A stretch of DNA of 64,000 nt from Deltaproteobacteria bacterium. Its GTDB lineage: Bacteria > Myxococcota > Kuafuiibacteriia > Kuafuiibacteriales > Kuafuiibacteriaceae. Shown here piece by piece: positions 10,253 to 18,841 of the stretch. The DNA lies in NCBI GenBank assembly GCA_040218735.1, contig JAVJQW010000062.1:1-64000 (forward strand). Reading direction: 5' to 3'. The first letter of the stretch is position 1; every line of letters begins with the position of its first letter. Below the pieces are notes generated by a model. That model was given only the letters and a program-made list of their open reading frames with translations, was not told where the DNA came from and searched no databases. A program made the position numbers and the translations under genes.

Positions 10253-10286
10253 CCCCCCCTCTTTCCCCAGGGGGTAACGCTCGAGC

Positions 10287-12365
10287 ATGAAGGTCTTCGA
10301 ATCCAAGGACATCCGCAACGTCGGCCTGATCGGCCACAAGGCCTGTGGCAAGACATCCGTCGCCGAATCGGCCCTGTGGGCGGCCAAGGTGACCAACCGC
10401 CTCGGTCAGACGGCCGGCGGCACCAGCGCGCTCGACTTCGAGCCCGAAGAGGAGAAACGCGTGATGAGCGTATCGGTCTCCGTCGGGCAGCTGCCTTGGA
10501 AGAAGACCAAGATCAATCTCCTCGACACCCCCGGCGACGGCAACTTCCTCAAGGACACCCGCGTCGCGATGCAGGCGATGGACGGGGTCGTCCTGGTCGT
10601 CTCCGCGAAGGACGGCGTCGAGCCGATGACCGACCGCGTGTTCAACTGGGCCTCCGACATGGGGCTCATGCGGGCCATCCTGATCAGCAAGATGGACGCG
10701 GAGCACTCGTCGTTCGACAAGACGCTCGCGGACCTCAAGGAGAACCTGACCAGCGACTGCACTGCGGTGCAGATCCCGATCGGCAAGGAAGCCGGCTTCT
10801 CGGGGGTCGTGGATCTGCTATCGCAGAAGGCCTACATGTTCGGTGATGGCGACCAGGGCGCCATCAAGGAGACGGACATCCCCGCCGACATGGCGGACGC
10901 GGCCGAAGAGGCGCGCAACGCGCTCATCGAGGACATCGCGACCAACGACGAAGCGCTGATGGAGAAGTTCTTCGAGGGGACGCTGACGACCGAAGAGATC
11001 GTCGGCGGCCTGAAGAACGCGATGAGCGAGGGGCTGATCGTCCCGGTGTTCTGCGCGAGCGGCCTCTTGAACCGCGGCGTCACGACGCTCCTCGACTTCC
11101 TGGTCGACGCGTTCCCGAACCCGCTGGAGGCCAAGGCGTACGAGGCGCGCGAGGGCGACGCACGCGAGGCGAAGGCGGACGGCCCCGTCACGTGCCTGTG
11201 CTTCAAGACGGTCGTCGACCAGCACGCGGGCAAGATCTCCATCATGCGGGTGCTCTCGGGCACCGCCTCGAGCGACCCGACGCTCGAGAACAACACCCGC
11301 TCGAACGGCACGAAGGAGCGCCTCGGTTCCATGAACACGATCGTCGGCAAGAAGCTCGACGGCGTGGACAAGGCCCCGGTCGGCGACATCATCGCCGTCA
11401 CGAAGCTCAAGGACACCCATACGGGCGACACGCTCAGCGAGGACGGCTGGGTGGCCAAGACGATTCAGCTCGCCGCCCCGCTCATCTCACGCGCCGTGAG
11501 CGCTGCGGAGAAGGGGGCGGAGGACAAGATCAGCGCCGCGCTGAACCGCATCGTCGAGGAGGACCCGGGCCTCACGCTCACGCGTGACGAGCGCACGGGG
11601 CAGATCCTCCTCAACGGCACGGGCCAGCAGCACGTCGAGGTCGCCATCGAGAAGATGGAGCGGAAGTTCGGCGTGAAGGCGGAGCTGTCGCTGCCGCAGG
11701 TCCCGTACCTCGAGACGTTCACGGTCCCGGTGAAGAACGTCGAAGGGAAGCACAAGAAGCAGACCGGCGGCGCCGGCCAGTTCGGCGTGTGTTACCTCGA
11801 CTTCGAGCCGACCGAGCGTGGCTCCGGCTTCGTCTTCGAGGACGCGATCGTCGGCGGCTCGATCCCGCGCCAGTTCATCCCGTCCGTGGAGAAGGGTTGC
11901 GTCAGCGCGATGAAGCGCGGCGTGATCGCGGGCTTCCCGCTGGTGGACGTGAAGGTCCGCCTCTTCGACGGGAAGTATCACCCGGTGGATTCGAAGGACA
12001 TGGCGTTCCAGCTGGCGGCGTCGAAGGCCTTCAAGGCGGCGGCGCCCAAGGCGCGCGCCGTTCTGCTCGAGCCGATCATGAACATGGAGGTCATGGTCCC
12101 CGAGGAGAACATGGGCGACGTGATGGGTGACGTGAACACGCGGCGCGGACGCGTGCTCGGGTCGGAGCGCGTCGGCAAGTACATGTGCATCAAGGCGCAG
12201 ATCCCGTACGCGGAGATTCAGCAGTACGAGGCGACGCTCCGCTCGATGACGCAGGGTCGCGGCTCCTTCACGATGGAGAAGTCGCACATGGACGTTGTGC
12301 CGCCGAACATCCAGGACAAGATCATCAAGGAGTCCGGCTTCACCGACCAGGACGACGAGGATTGA
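10287..12365 (+). CDS. fusA2: Elongation factor G-like protein (EF-G2 type)
   Basis: Full EF-G architecture (692 aa): GHKACGKT, DTPGDGNF, SKMD, KHKKQTGGAGQFG, DGKYHPVDS..AF, LLEPIM, LRSMTQGRGSF. The G motifs are non-canonical. Confidence 0.9.
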   Translation: MKVFESKDIRNVGLIGHKACGKTSVAESALWAAKVTNRLGQTAGGTSALDFEPEEEKRVMSVSVSVGQLPWKKTKINLLDTPGDGNFLKDTRVAMQAMDGVVLVVSAKDGVEPMTDRVFNWASDMGLMRAILISKMDAEHSSFDKTLADLKENLTSDCTAVQIPIGKEAGFSGVVDLLSQKAYMFGDGDQGAIKETDIPADMADAAEEARNALIEDIATNDEALMEKFFEGTLTTEEIVGGLKNAMSEGLIVPVFCASGLLNRGVTTLLDFLVDAFPNPLEAKAYEAREGDAREAKADGPVTCLCFKTVVDQHAGKISIMRVLSGTASSDPTLENNTRSNGTKERLGSMNTIVGKKLDGVDKAPVGDIIAVTKLKDTHTGDTLSEDGWVAKTIQLAAPLISRAVSAAEKGAEDKISAALNRIVEEDPGLTLTRDERTGQILLNGTGQQHVEVAIEKMERKFGVKAELSLPQVPYLETFTVPVKNVEGKHKKQTGGAGQFGVCYLDFEPTERGSGFVFEDAIVGGSIPRQFIPSVEKGCVSAMKRGVIAGFPLVDVKVRLFDGKYHPVDSKDMAFQLAASKAFKAAAPKARAVLLEPIMNMEVMVPEENMGDVMGDVNTRRGRVLGSERVGKYMCIKAQIPYAEIQQYEATLRSMTQGRGSFTMEKSHMDVVPPNIQDKIIKESGFTDQDDED

Positions 12366-12376
12366 CCGAGGAGCGC

Positions 12377-13501
12377 ATGAGCGAGACCGAGCAGGCGGGT
12401 TGTCCGATCCCCGAAGGGGACCTGAGCCCGAACGTCCTCAAGAACGTCGGCGCGAAGGCGCCCGGGCCGTTGAAGATGATGACGGCGCGGGGCCTCGCTC
12501 CGCTGCCGCCGCGTGACCTGGTCACGGCGCAGTTCGTCCTGACGTTCGACGCCGACGAGAAGATCGCGCAGTCGGCGTCCGGCTCGCTCTCGAACCTCGA
12601 CGCTCGCATCGCCAACGCGGTGCTAGCCGACCAGGCCGTCAGCCCGCACGTCCTGGGGTTCTTGGCGCAGGCGCTCGCGACGAACGACGCCTACGCGGAG
12701 AAGCTCCTCCTCAACCCGAAGACGCCGTCGTTGGCGTTCGTGCAGGTCGCCGAGGTCTGCTCGGAGGCCATCGCGGAGATCATCGCGAACAACCAGGCGC
12801 GCATCCTGGAGGTGCCGGAGATCGCGCGGGGGTTGTCGAAGAACCCGAACGCTCTCAAGTCGAGCATCGACCGCGTCATCGACTTCCTCGTCCGCAACGG
12901 CGTCATCCTCGACGGGCTGCGCCAGTTCGAGGAGGCCCTGCTCCGCCTCAACGGTGACGAGCGCGCGAAGGCCGCGGCGAAGGTCGCGCTGCCGTCGCAC
13001 CTGGTCGACGAGCAGTTCCTCACGGAAGAGGAAAAGCGCGAGCGCCGACTGATCGACGACGACGAAGAGGCGCCGGAGGAAGAGCAGGAGTCGCTGCACA
13101 ACCTCCTGCGCAACATGAGCGCCGCGCAGAAGGTGGCGGCCGCGACCAAGGGCACCAAGGCGGTGCGCTCCGAGTGCCTCCGCGACACCAACCGCCTCGT
13201 CGCCCTCGCGGCGATCACGTCGCCGGCGATCACCGAGCAAGAGGTCATCGCCGCGGCGCAGTCGCGCACGGTCCACCAGGATGTCATCGCGCACATCTGC
13301 CGCGACAAGCAGAACAACTGGGTGCGGAACTACCAGGTGAAGAACGCGCTGGTGAACAACCCCAAGACGCCGCTTCCGGAGGCGATGCGTCTCGTACCCT
13401 CGCTCAACCCGCGCGACCTGCGCATGGCGGCGAAGTCCCGCAACATCCCCGCGGGCGTGCGGAACCTCGCCTCGAAGCTGGTCAAGACGAAGACGCGCTG
13501 A
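12377..13501 (+). CDS. Conserved Myxococcota alpha-helical-repeat hypothetical protein, possibly SgmO (MXAN_4150)-like
   Basis: ARGLAPLPP, LLLNPKTP, IANNQARIL, NYQVKNALVNNPKTP repeats. Its position between coaX and convergent frzS matches my recollection of the M. xanthus sgmO locus (unverified). Confidence 0.6.
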   Translation: MSETEQAGCPIPEGDLSPNVLKNVGAKAPGPLKMMTARGLAPLPPRDLVTAQFVLTFDADEKIAQSASGSLSNLDARIANAVLADQAVSPHVLGFLAQALATNDAYAEKLLLNPKTPSLAFVQVAEVCSEAIAEIIANNQARILEVPEIARGLSKNPNALKSSIDRVIDFLVRNGVILDGLRQFEEALLRLNGDERAKAAAKVALPSHLVDEQFLTEEEKRERRLIDDDEEAPEEEQESLHNLLRNMSAAQKVAAATKGTKAVRSECLRDTNRLVALAAITSPAITEQEVIAAAQSRTVHQDVIAHICRDKQNNWVRNYQVKNALVNNPKTPLPEAMRLVPSLNPRDLRMAAKSRNIPAGVRNLASKLVKTKTR

Positions 13502-13616
13502 GCGGCGCCGGGGCGCCTGCCCTCCCTCGTCCAAGCCCCGTCTAAGCCGTAAGGGTCCCTCGCTTCGCGAGTGGCCTTGGCACAGCCTTCGGACCGGCCG
13601 CATTCGCGACCGGCCT

Positions 13617-15143
13617 CTAGGCGTCGGCTTCCTCGATGACGTCGTCGGCGTCGACCAGCGACGGCTCGGAGTCCTGAAGCAGCGACACCGCGATGGCGAG
13701 CGCCTCGCGCGTCTTGGCGCGGGTCTCCTCGTCCTCGCGGATGCGGGCGTACGCGCGCGACGCGCGATCCTCGGCGTCCCGCAGCTGGCCCTGGAGGGTC
13801 CGGATCTCGGTCTTCTTGTTCTCGACGTCGAGCTCGAGGCCGTCGATCGTGGTCGACAGCTCGGCGACCCGAGCCTCCTTGTCCGAGAGCTGCTGGCGCA
13901 GCGAGTCGGACTCGGCGGTGGACGCAGACAGCTCGTTCGTCACGCGCGTGATCTCGGCGTTGAGGGTCTGCTGCGTGCGCTTGTGCTCCGCGATCTCGGC
14001 GTCTCGCTCGCCGACGGTGTCGGTGAGCGCCTGGACCTCCTCCAGCTTGCTGTTGAGCGCGCCGTCCAGCTCCGCCTCGTGCGCGGCGGCCTGACTCAGC
14101 TGCCGGTTGAGGTCTTCGATCTGCGCGCTGGAGCTCTTCTCGAGCTCCGAGGCGCGCGTCTCGGCCGCGGCGATCTTCCCCTCGGCCTCGATGCGGGCTT
14201 GGTCGGCCGCCTCGGCGTCCTCCTGGGCCTGCACGACGCGACCCTCGAGCTCCATCTCCTTGTCGCGGAGCGCGACGATCTGCTTGTCCTTCTCGTGGAC
14301 CTTGTCGCCGAGCTCGAGGAGCTCGTGCTCCTTGGCGTTGAGCTGCTTCTTGACCTCGAGGAGCTCACGCGACTGCTGCGCGGCCGTCGGCGGCGTGCTG
14401 GCGTTCATCGCCTGCGCTTGGGCCGCGGCGGCCTTCTCGTTCGCGATCGCGATGTCGCGCTCGCGCTCGGCGTTTGCGCGCGCCTCGCGCTCGGTCTGCA
14501 GCTGCTTCTTGAGATCCGCAAGATCCTGCGAGCTGTTGGCGTCCTCCATCGGCGGGCGGCCGACGGTGGTCATCAGCTCGTCCTCCTCGAAGCGGTCCTT
14601 CAGGCCCGCGCCGCCCTCCAGATCGATCGGCGGCGGCTGCTGCTCAAGCTGTTCGATCGCGCTGTCGAGCGCGCCCACCGGCATGTCGCCGGCGGACATC
14701 GCAATCGTCTCGTCGGCGGAGAACGCTTCGTCGTCCTGCAGTGTCGTCGGAATGGTCCCGTTCTGCTTGGGACCGACGTCGACGTAGTTGCGCAGCAGCT
14801 CCACGAGCACGTCCGGCTCGAACGGCTTCTTGAGGTACTCCTCGGCGCGCGTCTTGAGCTTCTTGTGATGCTCGAACGTCTCCTGCGTGGCCTCGGCGCT
14901 GGTGATGATCAACGGCACGCCCTTGAGCGTCGCGTCCTTCTTCAGCTTCGCGCAGATCGAGTAGCCCGACATGCGCGGCAGCTCCACGCACAGGACGATC
15001 GCGTCCGGGATGTTGATGTGCGCCATGTCCAGGCCGGCCTTGCCGTCACTGGTGAGCGTCGGCTCCACGCCGTGCGCGCGGACCTCGTCCGCGAGCCGCT
15101 GTGCGAAGTCTTCTTCGGCGTCGATGATGAGAACGGAACCCAT
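13617..15143 (-). CDS. frzS: FrzS-like protein: atypical receiver domain plus long coiled coil
   Basis: DGK..PDAIVLCVEL..GYSICAKLKKDATLKGVP..FEHHKKLKTRAEEYLKKP resembles the M. xanthus FrzS receiver. An extended coiled coil follows, and the gene lies downstream of an ECF sigma and anti-sigma as in M. xanthus rpoE1-orf5-frzS. Confidence 0.8.
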   Translation of the reverse strand: MGSVLIIDAEEDFAQRLADEVRAHGVEPTLTSDGKAGLDMAHINIPDAIVLCVELPRMSGYSICAKLKKDATLKGVPLIITSAEATQETFEHHKKLKTRAEEYLKKPFEPDVLVELLRNYVDVGPKQNGTIPTTLQDDEAFSADETIAMSAGDMPVGALDSAIEQLEQQPPPIDLEGGAGLKDRFEEDELMTTVGRPPMEDANSSQDLADLKKQLQTEREARANAERERDIAIANEKAAAAQAQAMNASTPPTAAQQSRELLEVKKQLNAKEHELLELGDKVHEKDKQIVALRDKEMELEGRVVQAQEDAEAADQARIEAEGKIAAAETRASELEKSSSAQIEDLNRQLSQAAAHEAELDGALNSKLEEVQALTDTVGERDAEIAEHKRTQQTLNAEITRVTNELSASTAESDSLRQQLSDKEARVAELSTTIDGLELDVENKKTEIRTLQGQLRDAEDRASRAYARIREDEETRAKTREALAIAVSLLQDSEPSLVDADDVIEEADA

Positions 15144-15213
15144 GGTGGATCGGCCGGAGGCTAAGCCGCGCCCTACCCGGTGTCAAAACGCGGCGAGCCC
15201 CCTGGGGCCGGGC

Positions 15214-15987
15214 TCAGCGGTCGGTCGAGACGGCGAGGTCGATCAGCTCGCTGGCGTCGACGTCGGAGACCAGCGAATACACCGTCTGGCCCTGGGACCA
15301 CGTGACGACGTTGTAGCCGCGGTGCTGACCGACGAGGAGGGGCTGGCCGTGGACCTGGCGCTCCTCGAAGCCCGGGGGCGTACCGAAGCGCTTGGGCTTG
15401 GGGTACGCAAACAGGGAGATCCGCGCGCCCCGGTGGTCGTACATCACATACGCGGCGTCCTGGTTGGCGATGTTGGACAGCCGCGCGCCGACGAGGCGGA
15501 CGTTGGACCGGGGTGTCTGCGGCCGCGGGACGGCGACGCGGTACTTCAGGTTCTTCTCGAAGAACCGGTGCACCTCGCGCTCGCTGCCGCGCGCACGCAC
15601 CTCCGGCGGGAGATTCTTGGTGTGGCGACGCACCGGATCCTCCGGATCCAGCGTCGCCTCGCTCTGCGGACTCCAGATCACCAACAACAGCGCGGCCGCC
15701 GCGACCGAGACCGGGACGAGGCGCCGCCACGGGACGCGGCCCGAGGTGTGCGCTTCGTGGTGGATCTGGGTGGCGATGCGGGCGCGGAGGTCGTTGGGGA
15801 GCTCGATGTTGTCCGACGTGGACTGAAGCTTGGCTCTGAGCTGAGCCTGATACCAACTGCGGCCAGAGACGGAGTTCTTACAGCCCGGACACTTCGCGAG
15901 GTGGGCCTCGAGGTCGGCCTTGTCACTCGCATCGATCTCGCCATCCAGGGAAAGCTCCGCGAGCCTTTCGATGTCTCGACACTCCAT
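15214..15987 (-). CDS. Zinc-finger (zf-HC2/ZAS) transmembrane anti-sigma factor
   Basis: MECRD...LDGEI...LEAHLAKCPGC, one TM segment, periplasmic LVGARL...AAYVMY...YSLVSD (PrtR-like). Confidence 0.88.
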   Translation of the reverse strand: MECRDIERLAELSLDGEIDASDKADLEAHLAKCPGCKNSVSGRSWYQAQLRAKLQSTSDNIELPNDLRARIATQIHHEAHTSGRVPWRRLVPVSVAAAALLLVIWSPQSEATLDPEDPVRRHTKNLPPEVRARGSEREVHRFFEKNLKYRVAVPRPQTPRSNVRLVGARLSNIANQDAAYVMYDHRGARISLFAYPKPKRFGTPPGFEERQVHGQPLLVGQHRGYNVVTWSQGQTVYSLVSDVDASELIDLAVSTDR

Positions 15988-16010
15988 GCGTTTCGTGAGC
16001 CCGGTTTGCT

Positions 16011-16037
16011 AACCCGCGAAGGGGCCGGCTTCATCCC
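16011..16037 (-). promoter_or_regulatory. Candidate ECF promoter upstream of the anti-sigma gene
   Basis: GGGATGAA-N16-GTT on the minus strand, with the same geometry as the motif at 16769-16795. Confidence 0.3.
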
Positions 16038-16085
16038 GAGAGCGATGGGTGTGATCGAACGAAAGGTGCGGGCAAAAGGCAAGAT

Positions 16086-16736
16086 TCAGGCAGACTTCTT
16101 CTTCCGCTGCCGGAACGACTCCAGATCGATCGGCTGACCCTGCTCATCCATGTCCGGCGAGATGATGCCTTCGCGGATGGCGTAGCCGTACAGCTGCTTC
16201 TGCAGGATTCGGCGGCCTCGGAAGAGGCGGCTCATCACGGTGCCCACCGGGCACCCGACGATCTCCGCGATCTCCTTATATGAGAACCCCTGAATGTCAG
16301 CCAGGATGACGACCATGCGGAAGTCGACCGGGACCTGATCGAGGGCTTCGATGACCTCGTCGGACAGCAAGCGGCCGAAGAAGTCCCCCTCGGGGTCCTG
16401 CAGCGCGCGCACTTGGTCCGAAGAGACGAAGCGGTCGAGCACGATGTCCTCGGGCGGCGCCTCGGCGACCTCGCGCTCCTTCACCTTGCGGCGGTACTTG
16501 TTGATGAACGTGTTCGTCTGGATCTTGAAGAGCCAGGCCTTGATGTTCGTCCCCTTCTCGAAGCTGTCGAAGAAGCGGAACGCTTTGAGGAAGGTGTCCT
16601 GGACGAGGTCTTCCGCGTCCTTGGGGCTCCGCGTGAGCCGAAGGGCCGCGCCGTACAGCGCGTCCATGTGCTCGAGCGTCAGCCGCTCGAACTCGCTCTT
16701 ATCGGTCTTGCTGGTGTTTCGACTGAATCCGAACAT
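16086..16736 (-). CDS. ECF RNA polymerase sigma factor (RpoE1/SigH/SigR-like)
   Basis: [48 protein letters not shown] (region 2); [24 protein letters not shown] (region 4). Confidence 0.95.
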   Translation of the reverse strand: MFGFSRNTSKTDKSEFERLTLEHMDALYGAALRLTRSPKDAEDLVQDTFLKAFRFFDSFEKGTNIKAWLFKIQTNTFINKYRRKVKEREVAEAPPEDIVLDRFVSSDQVRALQDPEGDFFGRLLSDEVIEALDQVPVDFRMVVILADIQGFSYKEIAEIVGCPVGTVMSRLFRGRRILQKQLYGYAIREGIISPDMDEQGQPIDLESFRQRKKKSA

Positions 16737-16768
16737 TCCCCTAGTACTCCCTGGCCTTGGCCCGACTG

Positions 16769-16795
16769 AACCGCACGCCGCTTCTCCGTTTACCC
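16769..16795 (-). promoter_or_regulatory. Candidate autoregulatory ECF promoter
   Basis: GGGTAAAC-N16-GTT on the minus strand, about 32 nt upstream of the sigma ATG; matches the generic ECF AAC...GTT pattern. Confidence 0.4.
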
Positions 16796-17012
16796 ACGTT
16801 GGTCGCCGCGTGAAGTGCTTTTTATTGTCTGCATCCTTCGGACCATGATGCCCGTCAGCGGAAGAGGCCCCGCTTCGGCCGAGTTATGCGATGTGCCCTT
16901 TTTGACGTGGTGCTTTTCACCCCGCCATGTTGTCAGCAGGTGTGAAGAGATTGTTCCACTTCGGTGAGCTGTCCGCATGACCCTGCACGAGATCAACGCA
17001 CGAGCCGGGAAA

Positions 17013-18128
17013 ATGTTTCGAGGATTCTTCGCGATTTTGGCCTTGGGTCTTGCGGGGTTCGCCGCCCAGGAGCGCGCCGAGGCGGCCCCCTCGCCGTCGA
17101 TTGCCGAATTGTCACGCCGCGTCGCCAAGCTGTCCGGCGCGCGGGTGGATCCGGCCCTCGCCCAGGCCGCCCAGCGCCACGCGCGGGCCGTGGCCGAGGA
17201 CACCACGCGGGCCACCCGCAGCGAGCTCGAGCGCGCCGTGGGTCGGGAGGGGCTGGCGGACGCCCTCATCGTCCCGTTCTCGATCGTCGGCGCCCGGCGC
17301 GCAGCGCTCGACTTGGCGCTCCTGGCGTTCACCCGCGACACCGCGAAGGGGCGCGCGCCGACCCACGTGGGCGTCGCGCTCGCCCACCGCGGGGGCCGCC
17401 TGGCCCTCGTCGCGCTCTTCTCCCGGCGGCTCGTCGAGCTCGCCCCCCTCCCCGCTCGCCTGAAGCCCACCCGCTACACGCTCCGCGGGCGCGCCGCGAG
17501 CCCCGACCCGGTGTCCGCGTGGGTCCTGGGCCCCTGCCGCGAGACCTGCGGCGCGGTCCGCGGCGCGACGGTCGTGCGCAAAAAGGACGTCCTCGCGGTC
17601 GAGGTCGATCTGACCCGACGCGGCTGGTACCTCGTGGAGCTGTTCGTCGACGGCGCGCGGGGCCCCGAGCCCGCGGCGCTGTGGCGCGTGGCCGTGGGCA
17701 AGGCGGGCAAGGTGGGCCCCTGGCCCGGCGACACGGTGCCCAACACCCCACCGTCGTACCAGATCGGCCGGGCGCGCCGCGCCGCCGATCTCGCGCCGCT
17801 CGTCGCGAGCGCGACGCTGTCGAAGGCCGCGCAGGGCCACGCCGAAGCGGTGTGCCGCTCTGGCCTCGCCGTTCACGTCCTGAAGCCGGGCGACACGCCC
17901 ACGACGCGCGCACGCGCGGCGGGCTTCGAGGGGGACGTTACGGAGAACGTCGCCATCGCCACCACCGCGCCGCAGGCCCACCACAACATCATGTGGAGCC
18001 CAGGGCACCGCCGAAACGTGATGGACCCGACCGCCACCTACCTGGGGATCGGGATCGCCACGCGCCCCGCGGCGCCGGGCGTCGCCCCGAGCACCTGCCT
18101 CGTCGAGCTGTTCGGTCAGACCTTGTAG
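17013..18128 (+). CDS. Secreted CAP (SCP/PR-1) domain protein
   Basis: Signal peptide; C-terminal LSKAAQGHA...ENVA...HHNIMWSPGHRRNVMDP...GIGIA; a degenerate second CAP-like region at the N-terminus. Confidence 0.85.
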   Translation: MFRGFFAILALGLAGFAAQERAEAAPSPSIAELSRRVAKLSGARVDPALAQAAQRHARAVAEDTTRATRSELERAVGREGLADALIVPFSIVGARRAALDLALLAFTRDTAKGRAPTHVGVALAHRGGRLALVALFSRRLVELAPLPARLKPTRYTLRGRAASPDPVSAWVLGPCRETCGAVRGATVVRKKDVLAVEVDLTRRGWYLVELFVDGARGPEPAALWRVAVGKAGKVGPWPGDTVPNTPPSYQIGRARRAADLAPLVASATLSKAAQGHAEAVCRSGLAVHVLKPGDTPTTRARAAGFEGDVTENVAIATTAPQAHHNIMWSPGHRRNVMDPTATYLGIGIATRPAAPGVAPSTCLVELFGQTL

Positions 18129-18165
18129 GTCGGTCAGACCTTGTAGGTCGGTCAGGCCTTGTAAA
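18112..18165. repeat. 18-bp tandem triplication at a convergent gene junction
   Basis: TCGGTCAGACCTTGTAGG x2 (18112-18147) plus TCGGTCAGGCCTTGTAAA (18148-18165). Confidence 0.9.
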
Positions 18166-18841
18166 AGGTGTAGAGGACGTCGCCGAGGACGTTGCAGTAG
18201 GCGTGGAAGCCGACGGCGCCGACGATGCTGCCGGTGCGCGTCCGAAGCCAACCGAACAGCAGCGCCGGGAAGAACGGCCCCAGGCGGTCCGGCCGGTACT
18301 CGCCGACGAAGTGCGCGAGCGCGAACACCGCGGCGGCGCCCACGATCGCCGCGCCGAAGGGGACGCCGAACAACCTTCGCTTCGCCGGCCACAGGGCCTC
18401 CATCCGCATCTGGAGGTAGCCGCGGAAGAACAGCTCCTCCGAGAGCCCGACCACGAAGACCTGAATCGCGAGCATTTCCAGGAAGTCGGAGGGCAGGCGC
18501 CACGTGAAGGTTCGGCCGAACAGGCTCGACTGCCAGAAGTGATGCCCGAGCGCGAAGGGGATCGTGACGATCAGCGCCCACACGGCGACCCCCGCGAGGT
18601 CCCGCTTCCAGTGGTCGAGCGTCAGGCCGAGCTTCACCTTCGTGAGGCCGCGGCGCCCGATGAGGAGGATCGGGACGTACAACTGCACCGCCGCCGCGAT
18701 CGTGAAGCTGTGGCGCCCGACGACCGGAACGAACGCGCCGATGTGTTTCACCGCGCCGAGCACGACGAGTATCCCCACCGACGCGAGGACGACCTCGCGA
18801 ACGATCTGCTCGCGGGACAGCGGTTCGGGCTCAGCTTCCAC
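18152..18841 (-). CDS. CPBP-family glutamic intramembrane protease, myxosortase (MrtX/MrtC)-like
   Basis: EELFFRGYLQ, FALAH, RLGPFFPALLFGWLRTRTGS, FHAYCN; multi-TM; overlaps a trypsin-like gene. Confidence 0.8.
   Translation of the reverse strand: MEAEPEPLSREQIVREVVLASVGILVVLGAVKHIGAFVPVVGRHSFTIAAAVQLYVPILLIGRRGLTKVKLGLTLDHWKRDLAGVAVWALIVTIPFALGHHFWQSSLFGRTFTWRLPSDFLEMLAIQVFVVGLSEELFFRGYLQMRMEALWPAKRRLFGVPFGAAIVGAAAVFALAHFVGEYRPDRLGPFFPALLFGWLRTRTGSIVGAVGFHAYCNVLGDVLYTFYKA

Noticed and set aside
13575-13595. TGGCAC as a sigma54 promoter
   Set aside because: There is no GC at -12, and it lies between convergent gene ends.
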